Notes under the pieces: generated by a model
The model's input: the letters and a program-made list of their open reading frames with translations, nothing else
Told to the model about the DNA's origin: nothing
Database searches by the model: none
Part shown: positions 40,556 to 52,244 of the stretch, piece after piece
Numbering within the stretch: the first letter of the stretch is position 1
How the letters are laid out: every line of letters begins with the position of its first letter
Source of the DNA: Felis catus
Taxonomy: Eukaryota
Reading direction: 5' to 3'
DNA: 64,000 bases
Assembly (NCBI RefSeq): GCF_018350175.1
Contig: NC_058368.1
Span: 104,720,001 to 104,784,000, forward strand
Position numbers and translations under genes: made by a program

Positions 40556-40762
40556 GGGGTGCCTGGGTGGTTCAGTCATTTGAGCATCAGGCTCTTGATT
40601 TCTGCTCAGGTCATGACTCATGGTTTGTGGGATCAAGCCCCACATCAAGCTCTGTGCTGACAGCGTGGAGCCTGCTTGGGATTTTCTCTCTTTCTGCCCT
40701 TCCCAGCTCATGCTCTCTCTCTGACTCTCAAAAAAATAAATAAACATTAAAAAAAGAAGAAA
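40556..40762 (+). mobile_element. SINEC
   Basis: Head, (CT)n tract, A tail. Confidence 0.9.
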
Positions 40763-41373
40763 AGCAATCTTCTTACTCAGACCACAGAAGGGAGCATGAT
40801 TTGAAGGTGGGCCTCCCTGACCATCGAGGCACATTGGAGGGGCAAAGCTGTTATGACAAGTCTAAAAATATGGTGCCCCCACTGATGTTTAAGCTCAATA
40901 ATAACTAGGTTAATCTATTGTACTTGGCATGTCATTGGGGGAAAAAAACGAAATATGCCACCTCAAATGAAATCAGTGTGTTTATCCAAGGAGACTAGGT
41001 TTCCAGAAACTTGGACCCTGTGCATTATCTCTAGTGTGGGCTACTGAATATCCATCCTGTAGAATTCACTGTTGCATCATCCAGGAAGATTGGGAAATGC
41101 CTTGTGTTTGATCCCCTTTCTCAAATATTTATGGTAGTCTGGTGAAGGCTCTGGAAATGGTTGGGTAAAGGTGTGTCTAAAGTTTATTTGGCCATGAAAT
41201 TCCACCCCCACTCCCACCCTTTTCAACCCCAAGAACATGATAGAACTGGTAATACTCAGACTCTACTTATTTGAGGAATAATGCTTTAAGGGATTCAGTT
41301 TTCTTTTCTATAACTCTAGACTGGTAACTGTAATTGTCTAACTTTATCAGAGACTCTTTGGAGCTTTAATTTC

Positions 41374-44300
41374 TTGAGTTTTCTACCCAGGTTTATTGGG
41401 ATATAATGACATATAACATGTAAGGTGTACAACATGATAATTTGACACACTTACATATATTGCAAAATGATTACAAGAAGGTTAGTTAACCTTTCCGTCA
41501 TCTTTCATGATTACTGTTTCTTGTTTGTGGTGAGAACATTGAAGACGTACTCTTCTTAGTAAATGTTTGTATATAATACAGTATTATTAACTATAGTTGA
41601 CATGCTGTACAGAAGAGTCCCAGAACTTATTCATCTTGTTACTTACAAGCTTGTACCCTTTGACAAACTTCTCCCCATTTCCTCTACCTTTCCAGCCCTG
41701 GGACCACTGTTCCACTCTGTTTCTATGAGTTCAGCTTTTTCAGATTCTGCAAAGAATAACATCATATGGAATTTCTCTTTCTGACTCATCACTTAGGATA
41801 ATGCCCTTAGGACCATCTATGTTGTCACAGATGGCAAGATTTCCTTCTTTATTGTGGATGGATAACATTCCTCTGTATGTATATACCACATTTTCTTTGT
41901 CCATTCATCAGCCAAAGGACAGGTATGTTGTTTCCCTATCTTAGCTATTATGAATACTGCTGCAGTGGACACGGGAGGGCAGATATTCCTTTGAGACCTG
42001 ATTTCATTTCATTTGGATATGTACCCAGAAGTGGGATTGCTGGAGCATATGGAAGTTCTATTTTTGATCTTTTGAGGAGCTTCCATACTGTTTTCCATAG
42101 TGTCTGTATCAACATACAGTCCCACCAACAGTGCCCAAGGGTTGGGCACTTCTCTGTGTCCTCACCAACACTTCTCCCTTGTCTTTCTGATGAGTGCCAT
42201 CCTAGCAAGTGTGAGGGGATATGTATATGACTCTTTTGGAAAAAATGTCTATTCAGGTTCTCTTTTTTAATTGGATTGTTTGGTTTTTACTATTGAGTTG
42301 TATGAGTGCTTATATATTTTGGATATTAGCCCCTTATCAGACATAAAATTTGCAAATATTTTCTTCCATCCTGTAGGTTGACTTTTCACTCTGTCAGTTG
42401 TTTCTTTTGCTGTGCAGAGGCTTTTTAGTTTGATGTAACCCACTTACTTATTTTTACTGTCAGTCATTGCTCGTGCTTTCAGTGTCCTATCAAAAAAAAA
42501 AAAAAAATCATGGCCAAGACCAATGTAAAGCACTCTCCCCCTATGCTTTCTTCTAGGAGTTTTATGGTGTCAGGTTTTATATTTTAAAATGTTTTTAATG
42601 TTATTTATTTTTGAGAGAGAGCAAGTGAGCGGATGAGGGGCAGAGAGAGATGGAAACAGAAAATCCGAAGCAGGCTTTGTGCTGTCAGCACAAAGCCCGA
42701 CATGGGGCTTGAACCCATGAACCGTGAGATCATGACCTGAACCAAGTCAGATGCTCAACCACCTGAGCCACCCAGGCACCCCAGGTTTTATAGTTAAGTC
42801 TTTAATCCATTTCTAGGTTATTTTTTTTAGTGTAAGATAGGGGTCCAATTCCATTCTTCTGTATGTGATTATCTAGTTTCCTTAGTGCCATTTATTGAAG
42901 AGACTGTCCTTTCCCCATTGGGAATTCTTGGTTCTCTCATCAAGTATTGTTGGCCATCTATGCCAGGACTTACTTATGAGCTTTCAATTCTGTTCCTATG
43001 GTCCCTGTGCCAGTGCCAGGCTGTTTGGTTATGGTAGCTGTGTAATATAGTTTGAAATCAAGAAGCACGATGCCTCCAGGTTTGTTTTTTTCTCTTAAGA
43101 TGGCATTGGCTATTCAGTGTTTTATGGGTTTTTGTTTGGCTGTTTTGTTTGTTTTTAAGTAGATGTCACACACAGTGCACAGCCCAATGTGGGGCTTGAA
43201 GTCATGACCCTGAGCGTAAGATCTGAGCTGAGATCAAGAGTCGGTCGCTTAACTGACTGAGCCAACCAGGTGCCCTGTTTTATGGTTTTATAAATAATTT
43301 AGGATTGTTGTTTCTATTTCTGTGAAAAATGCTATTGGAATGCTATAGGGATAGGATTGAATAGGCTTTGGGTACTCTGAACATTCTACCAATATTAGTA
43401 CTTCCATCTTTCCATTTACTGGTGTCTTCTTAAATTTTCTTCATCAAAGTTTTATATTCGGTGTACAAAAGTTTCACTTCCTTCGTTAAATATATTCTTA
43501 AGTATTCTATTATTTTTGATGCTATTGTGAATAGAACTGTTTTACTTATTTCTTTTTCAGATATTTCATCATTACCATGTAAAACTGAAACCGATTTCTT
43601 TATGTTGATTTTGTATCCTGTAACTTTACCAAATTTGTTGATTAGTTCTAACTGGTTTTGGTGGAGTCTTTAGAATTTTCTCTCTATAAGATAATATTAT
43701 CGACAAACAGAGACAATTTGATTTCTTCCTTTCCAGTACCAATGCTTTTATTTCCTTTCCTTACCAGATTGCTCTGGATGGGACTCCAGGACTAAGTTGA
43801 ATGAAAGTAGTGAAAGTGGACATTGTTGTCTTGTTCCTGATCTTAGAGGAAGAGCTTTCACTTTTTACCACTGAGTATGTTAGCTGTAGGCATGTCACAT
43901 ATGCCTTTATTACATTGACCTACATTCCTTACATACCCAATTTATTGAGAGTTTATATCATGAAAGGATGTGTATTTTGTCAAATGCTCTCTCTACATCT
44001 ACTGAGATAATCACTCAGCTTGCCTTTCATTGGACTAATGTAATGTATTACGTATTTTTATGTTTAGCCATCTTTGTATCTCAAGGATAAATTCCCCTTG
44101 CACAGTGTGTATGATCCTTTTAATGTGTTGCTGAGTCTTCTTTGCTAATATTTTGCTGAGAACTTTTGCTTCTGTATTCATCAAGGATATTGACCTATAA
44201 TTTACTTGTCTTATAGTGTCCTTATCTGGTTTTGATATCAGGATAACGCTGGCTTTGTAAAATGAGTTTGGGAGTGTTTTCTTCAGTTTTGGAGAAGAGT

Positions 44301-46056
44301 TTGAGAAAAATTGGCATGAGTTATTCTTTAAATGTCTGGTACATTCACCAGGCCAACCTTCTGGTCCTGGACTTTTCTTCGTGGTAAAGTTTTCTGTTGC
44401 CTTACCATAATTGGTTTGTTGAGATTTTCTGTTTTTTTATGATTCACTCTTGGTAGGTTTTATGTATACATTTCTTCTAAGTTCTCCAATTGGTTGATCT
44501 ATAATTGTTCATAGTATTGTCTTAAAATCTTTTTTATTTCAGTGTTACCAGTTGTAACATCTCCTCTTTCATTTCTAATTTTATTTACTTTTCAATAGGT
44601 AGTCTAGCTAAAGATTTGTCAATTTTGATAATCTTTTCAAAAAACCAGCTCTCAGTCTATTGTTTTTTGATCTCTATTTCTTTTATTTATGTTTTGATAT
44701 TTGTCATTTCCTTCCTTGTGTTAACTTTGGGCTTAGTTGTCTCTTTTTTTTTTTTTCTTTTCTGATTCCTTGATATGTAGGAACCTTCCTCTTGTTTTCT
44801 GAGATCTTCTATTAATGAAGATTATTACTATGAACTTCCCTATTAGAACACCTTTTGCTGTATCCCATAAGTTTTGGTATGTTGTGTTTCCTTTTTTGTT
44901 TGTTTCAATAAATTTTTAGTTTTTTTATTTCATTGACCTATTGGTCGTTTAGAAGTACGTTGTTATATTTCCACATAACTGTGAATTTTCTACTTTTCCT
45001 CCTGGTAGTGATTTCTGGTTTCAACCAATGGTGGTTGGAAAAGATGCTTGATATGATTCCAGTCTTCTTAACTTTGCTAAGACTTGTTTTGTAACCTATC
45101 ATGTGATATCCTGAGGAATGTTCCTTATGCAGTTGAGAAGAACAAGTATTCTGCTGCTTTTGGGTCAAATATTTCTTATATGTCTAAAGTAAAGTTCAAG
45201 TCCAACATTTCCTTATTGGTTTTCAGAGTGTGAATGATTTATCCATTGTTTAAAGTAGGGTTTTGAAGTCCTCTACTATTAATATATTATTGTCTATTTT
45301 TCCCTTCAGATCTGTTGGTATATGATTAATATATTTAAGTGCTCCAAGTTGTTATATCATCTTGATGAATTGACCCCTTTACATTATATGGTGATCTTAT
45401 TTCTCTCTTATTACCATTTTTGGCTTACAGTCTATTTTCTCAGATACAAGTATGGGTAGGTATCCCTGTTTTCTTTTGGTTTCCGCTTGGCAAGAATATC
45501 TTTTTTCATCCTTTCACTTTGAGTTTCTATGTATGCTTAAAGCTGAAGTGAGTCTGTTCTGAGCAGCATATTGTTCGGTCTCCCTCCTCCTCCTCCTCCT
45601 CCTCCACCTCCTCCTCCTTCTGCTTCTTCTTCTTCTTCATCAATCCAGCTATGCTGTACCTTTTGATTGGAGAATTTATCCATTTACATTTAGAGTACTT
45701 TTCGGTAGGTAAGGACTTAATAATGCTGTCTTATTGTTTTCTGATTGGTAGTTCCCTTCTCCCTTTCTCCCTCTATTTCTGCATTCCTTTGTGAATTGAT
45801 GCTTTTCTATAGTGGTCATTTGATTCCCTTCTCTTTTGGGTATCTACTGTGGGTTTTTGCTTTGTGATTGCCATGAGGCCTATATAAAGATAGATATAAT
45901 AATCTATTTTATGTTATAGAGACTTAACAAAACTCTACTCTTTCTTTCCCCTTCTTTTATGTTTTTGGTTAAAGTTTATTTATTTACTGAGAGAGAGTTA
46001 GAGAGAAAGAGAGAGAGAGAGGGAAAGAGCAAGCGAGCATGTATGAGCAGGGGAGG

Positions 46057-46108
<52 letters not shown>

Positions 46109-48995
46109 CCCAAGCAGGATCTGCACTGTCAGCACAGAGCCCAATGTGGGGCTCAAATTCAAGAACCATGAGATCATGACCTTAGCTGAAATCAAGAGTT
46201 GGACACTTAACTGAGTCACCCAGGCACCTCTCCTTCTTTTATGTTTTTATTTCACACTTTATTACCTCTTTTTATGTATGTATTCATTAACAAATTATTG
46301 TAGCTATATATTTTTTAACACTCGTGTCTTTTAACCTTTATATTAAAGAGGTTAACACCCCCCCCACCATATTACATTATTAGAGTAAAATTGTGTAAGT
46401 GTAAAGTGTATAGCTTGTTATTTTGATATATTTATATATTGTAATAGATTACCAATGTAACAATATTTATCACATTATATAATTATAGTACAATATTATT
46501 TTCTGTATTCATTATAATGTTTGTTCATTAGATCTCAATGACTTATTTATTACTTATTGCAAGTTTGTACCGTTTTTTTAAGTTTATTTCTTTATTTTGA
46601 GAGAGTGAGAGAGAGAGAGAGCATAAGTTGGGTAGGGGCAGAGAGAGAGAGAGAGAGAATCCTAAGCAGGCCTGCGCTGTCAGAGTAAAGCCTGGCATGG
46701 GACTGGAACTCACAAACCATGAGATCATGACCTGAGCCAAAGTCATATGCTTAACCGACTGAGCCACCCAGGCACCCTGCAAATTTGTACCCTTAAACAC
46801 AGTCACTCCTGTTCCCTGGTAACTACCATTCAGTTCTATTTTTTTTTATGGTTTAGCTTTAATAGATTCTACATATGAGTGATATCATACGGTACTTGTC
46901 TTTGTCTTTCTGACTTACTTAACATAATGTGCTCAAGGTCCATCTGTGTTGTTGCAAATGGGAGAATATCTTCCTTCTTTGTGGCTAAATAATATTCCAT
47001 TGTGTATGTGTACCACGTCTGTTTTATTCACTCATCCAAATGTTGATGGGCATTTGGTTTGTTTCCATATCTCGTCTGTTGTGAATAATGCTGCATTAAA
47101 TGTGGGAGTGTGTATATTTTATCAAAATCTTGCTTATATTATTCTAAATGTGACTGTATACTTACATTTACCAGTGTGTTGTAAATTTTCATATTTTTCA
47201 TGCTACTAAATAGCATCCTTTTACTCCAGCTTAAAGATCTCCTTTTAGCATTTCTAAATGCTCCCTCATCTTTTATTTGTCTGGAAAAGTCTTTAAGTCT
47301 CCTTCATTTTGAAGGACAACTCTGCTGGAGAGAGTATTCTTGGCTGGCAGGTTATTTTTCTTTCAGAACTTTGGATAGATCATTCCAATCTCTCCTGACC
47401 CATAAGGTTTCAGATGAGAAATCCACTGATAGTCTTATGAAGGTTTCCTTGTAAATTACAAGCTTCTTCTTTCTCATTGCTTTTAAGCTTCTCTCTTTGT
47501 TTTTGATTTTTGACATTTTTATGATAATGTGTCTTGGAGAAGATACCTTTGAGTTTGTTTGATGACTAATGAGGCTTATGATCTCCAGTATCCAAATCTC
47601 TCCTCAGATTTGGGATATTCTCAGCCATTATTTCTTTAAGTAAGCTTTCTGCCTCTTTCTCCCTCTCTTTTCTTGTAGGGATTCCAATAATTAGCAAATT
47701 GCTTCTTTAATGGTATCCTATAGAACAGGTAGTCTTTCTTCACCTTTTTTTTTTCCATTCTTTGTCTTTGTTCTCCTCTGGCTTGAAAATGTAAAAAATA
47801 TCTGTTTTCTATTTCACAGATTATTTTCTTCTGCCTGATCTATTCTTCTCTTGATGCCCTCTTGCATTTTTTATTCGATTCTTTGTTTTCTTTAGATTGA
47901 GAATTTCTATTGGGTTCTTTTTAGTTATTTTTTGTTAAACTTCTAATTTTCTTTGTGTATTGTTTTCCTAATCTTATTGAATTGTTCTTCTTTTTTTTGT
48001 AGTGGACTGGGCTTCCTTAACAGATATTTTGAATTCTTTATTGAGTCAATCACAGCTTTCCATGTCTTTGAGGTTGGTTATTGGAATATTTATGTGTTCC
48101 TTTGGTGGTGTCATGTTTTCCTGGTATTTAATGTTCCTTGAAGTCTTTTGTTCCTGTTATCTTCACATTTGTATTGGCACTCATCTTCTCCAGTCTTTAC
48201 TAACTGCTTTAGAAGAGCAACATGTTCTTTCAGCTCTGCTAGGGATTCTGAGGCTTTCTCAGAACCTGTATCGATTTGGGCTGCTTCTCTCTTCTTGCTC
48301 CCTCTTGTGGCAGAATTGTGAAACTTGTATGCCTTCTAATCTGGAACACACCAGGTCAGGAGCTGACAGCCTCTCCTTTGCTCTCCCAAGGGCAGAGCAA
48401 AAGCTCAAGTTTATAGTCTCTCCTTGGTCCACAGATTCGGGCTGGCTTTATGCACATTTTCACTAGCCATCTCTCAAGGCTTATTCTTACCACTGTTGGG
48501 AACATGCACAGAGAGGTGGACACAGAGTTTGTGGGGGAGGGGTAGTTTGAGGTGCATGGAGTGTTGGGAGTGTTGTTGGGCCAGTGGGGTGAATCCACAG
48601 GCTGGGAATTCCCAGTGGCTCATGGGTGGGCTTCTTGTTGGACTCTGAAACACAGATAGTAGGATCCATGTTCCTTTAATGCCCTCCAAGATACTTATCT
48701 GCTGCTCTCCCAACCTCGTCCCTTTCCCTAGTCATGTGGTTCACAACTCTATATTCTCGATGTGTCAAGGAGAGAAATGGGGCTCTTTGACAAAGTTCTA
48801 CACAGTTGGGGGAGCTATGTGCTCACTCACACACTCTCACTTTTCCTGGCATGAGAAATCACAGGCTAAGAAGGGCTCTGTTGGTACTGAGGTGCACTGC
48901 CCTGGGGGAGGGATGATGAGTAAAGTCTAACTTTTCCTCTTATCCTCTCCATTGTGTCCACAGTTGTTTGTTTGTTTGTTTGTTTGTTTGTTTGT

Positions 48996-49034
<39 letters not shown>

Positions 49035-49388
49035 TTTGCTTCAGTGATGTTCTGGAGCTTCCTTATTGGAAATCTGATCTTCCACAAAGGCTCTATCATC
49101 CATGGGTGATTGTTTAAGACAGTGTTCTCCAGGGACTCCTGGACCATGGCCAAGATGGACTGGAGACAGTTAATGGGCCACTTCAGGGTCCATAGCTAGG
49201 GCTGAGGTCTGTATGTTTTATTATCTGATGCTTGGGTAGGCAAGACTCCTTTCGAGTCCTTTGAAGTATGGTGTTGAATTCCACAGCTCCCATGAAGGCA
49301 CTTTTGTCCATGGATGGATGCCAAATTGTTGCTGAGGTGCAGTGCTGTGATGGATGTCTTTTTCAGGAATATTGCTAATGTCACTCCT
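41374..49388 (-). mobile_element. Near full-length decayed antisense L1 with nested SINEs (~42590-42783, ~43155-43275, ~45968-46230, ~46573-46778) and a second L1 3' fragment (~46385-47110)
   Basis: 3' UTR at the left; ORF2 peptides ([35 protein letters not shown]; endonuclease-like IISSIFSNHHWLKPEI); ORF1/5' UTR-like region at the right; candidate TSD ctttaatttc at 41364-41373 and 49389-49398. Confidence 0.82.
48963..49038. repeat. Compound (TTTG)n(TTTA)n microsatellite
   Basis: Direct observation. Confidence 0.95.
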
Positions 49389-49899
49389 CTTTAATTTCCT
49401 TTAAGGGTAAGGAATTTTAACAACTCCGGAAAGGGCAAAATTTAGTCGAGTCATGATGGGATATAGCAGACATTCTTCCCTTCACAATGGCATAGAAAAT
49501 GTACCTATTTCCTGGCTTCATCAACTGGGCCAGCATTGGTGGGGCCTCCCCTCCAAGCTTTGAACCATATTGACAGAGGTATTTCATGGTCAACAGTTGT
49601 TCACCAAACGTAGAGGCATCAGTGAGTATGCCTATGAAGCTGATCTTGATATTAAATTCAAAACAGCTATATACATGATAGATTTGATTCAAGGGCAAAA
49701 AACGAAAACTAAGAAAAAGGGACAGTTAAGTTTAAAATGCCATCTGTTAAAGAACTTAAAAGCTGTTTATTCTGAACAGCTGCAGTCCATCACTGATCTG
49801 TAGTCCAATAGTCTAGGCCAGAGGTGGCAGACTAGCGGGCTGGATGCTTTGGTGTGTAATCATGTTTTGTTTGGTACACAGAATGTTTTCCTGTTTTTG

Positions 49900-50114
49900 T
49901 TTGTTTGTTTTAAGATTACTTATTTATTTTGAGAGAAAGAAAGAGCACTGGCATGTGAGCATGAGCGTGAGTTGGGGAGGGGCAGAGAGAGAGGAAGAGA
50001 GAGAATCCCAAGCAGGCTCCACACTGACAGAGCTGGTTCGATCTCATGGCTGTGAGATCATGACCTGAGCTGAAAACAAAAGCCAGATACTTAACCGAGC
50101 CACCCAGGTGCCCT
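49900..50114 (-). mobile_element. SINEC
   Basis: T tail, body, reverse head. Confidence 0.88.
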
Positions 50115-50246
50115 GAGTGTCTTACATTAAAAAAAAAAAATTGAACATAAAACTTAGGACTTTCCTCTTCCATGGAGAAACCAGGCAATTGATAGCATTG
50201 GCTTGGTGGCAGAAGGCTAGAGACACTGAAGGGGAATTACCCCTTT

Positions 50247-50562
50247 ATTTATTTTTAATAAGGATATAATTAACATATAACACTATATTAGTTCCTGGTG
50301 TACAACACCATGATTCAACATGTATGTAAGTGTTGTGAAATGATCACCAAAGTAAGTCTAGTTAACATCCATCACCACATGTGCTTGTTTCAACAGCACA
50401 TATACTAAAACATCCATCATCACACATAGTTGTAAAATATTTTTTTCCTTGGGATGAGAACTTCTAAGATCTACTCTTACCAACTTTCAAATAGGCAATA
50501 TAGTATTATTAATATAGCCACTTAATTATTTTATAATAGGAAGTTTGTTCCTTTTGACTCCC
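50247..50562 (-). mobile_element. 5'-truncated L1 3' end
   Basis: tataattaacatataacactatattagtt..ggtgtacaaca..gagaacttctaagatctactctt. Confidence 0.8.
50381..50410 (+). pseudogene. 3'-truncated U6 snRNA retropseudogene (U6 nt 1-30)
   Basis: GTGCTTGTTTCAACAGCACATATACTAAAA vs U6 GTGCTCGCTTCGGCAGCACATATACTAAAA (26/30); TSD aacatccatca(c/t)caca on both sides. Confidence 0.88.
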
Positions 50563-50579
50563 TGGAGCTGCCCCTTTTA

Positions 50580-50789
50580 ATTTTTTTTTAATGTTTATTT
50601 TTGAGAGACAGTAAGAGAGAGTGTGAATGGGGGAGGGGCAGAGAGAGAGGGAGACACAGAATCCGAAGCAGGCTCCAGGCTCCGAGCTGTCAGCACAGAG
50701 CCCGACGTGGGGCTTGTACCCATGAACCATGAGATCATGGCCTGAGCCGAAGTCTGACGCTTAACCAACTGAGTCATCCAGATGCCCCT
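50580..50789 (-). mobile_element. SINEC
   Basis: TSD gagctgcccctttta. Confidence 0.94.
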
Positions 50790-52244
50790 AGAGCTGCCCC
50801 TTTTAGATGAGTAAGTGCTCCCTGAGTTTTCTCAGGCCTCACCTGAACTTCTCACTCTGCTCATCGATCCCACTTGGTTCCTAGAGGCATTTGAGCTTGT
50901 GTTCCCCGGTTTCCATGGGGCATTCTATTAGCAAAAGTCCAGCTGCCCGTTTTCTCTCAGACCCTTGATCCTCCTCTCTTTGAAGAAGTTCTACCACTTA
51001 ATTTGTATATTGGGCTTAAGTCTTCAATACTGAAAGGCAAATAACTCTGATGAGGAAATAATCTTAGCTGCTATTATTAGTCACTGACCTTTCACTATGA
51101 GGACTCCATTCATCGTCAAGCTAATGGAGACAGGCCTGTAGAAAGAACATAAGGGCACCAGAGTCCAAAAGGAAGTGTCCAGGGACCAGCGAGGAGGAAG
51201 CAGGGGTGAGGACACTGAATGGGAAAAGCATAGCTCTGACACCCATTACCCTCTCAACTTTCCCTAGAGCTGGCCTTTGTTATTAACATGTGATTCAGAT
51301 GTATTGGTTAACCAGAAGCAAAGTATCTGGGAACAAGTGTCATTGAGATGAAATAGGGTGGACCGGGGGAAATGCCATGTGGTGGAAAACATGCTTTGGG
51401 AAAGAGTATTTGTGAAAGAATTCCAGGGCTCCATAGAGAGTGGTCGAACCACGAGGAATGCCTTTCTAAAAACAGGGGAGCCTGGTATGGCACTTCCTGT
51501 AGAATCATCATACTTTCCTCACAGACATAAACATGACAAGACCAGGAGGGAGATGATTTATCACACACAAAGGTGCCTTCCTTCTGGTTTCTTCTCTACA
51601 CTGTGTGCTGGTGATTTTGAAATCCTGCTCAAATGGAATCAGTTTAGAGTTGTCTCATCACCCTGGTTGTAGGCTGAGTTGTTACAGATTCGTGCTTTGG
51701 AAAATTAGAGTTTATTCCAGCGCTTATGAACTTTTTGAAACTATGGTCCGTTAGGATCATGTTACTCATGTGACTTAAATCTAATTTAACCTAAAGAGAC
51801 AATGGCAGAATCGTGGCCAAAATAGATAATGCCTGTATATGTGTGGAATTAAGCTAAAAACTCTTCCCATTTTCAAATAAATGAATAGGATTATGCGCTC
51901 TACAGATGGTATTTCAGTCCCTTGTGTAGGATTCATTACAGGAGTCCATTTCTACACAAACTTTTTTTTTTTCTAAGTAACTCACATTGTAGAGGAAAAT
52001 TTTAGTAGAATATTGCATGTGAGATTTTAATATGAGCATTTCCCCAAATAAATATTTCTTGGAAGCTTCTAAAGCCAGTACCTTCTTAAGTATTTACAGA
52101 GCCCATCCATCAATGACCATAGATTCTTACTGAAATTGTAATGTGTGCACAGCATTTTAATGTTACTTGAGAGTTTTTAAATCTTCCCTCCTGAATAGAG
52201 ATAAGTCTCTTTGTCCTTCTTTGGAAGTTCTCCTCACACTCTGG

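Larger units (their letters stand above)
49819..50908 (-). mobile_element. hAT-Charlie MITE (MER102-like) fragmented by later insertions
   Basis: Ends cagaggtggcagact... and ...ggcatttgagcttgtgttccccg; internal gctgccccttttagatg resembles remembered MER102. Confidence 0.6.

Noticed and set aside
48002..48930. ORFs up to 154 aa on both strands
   Set aside because: They lie in the decayed ORF1/5' UTR region of the antisense L1.
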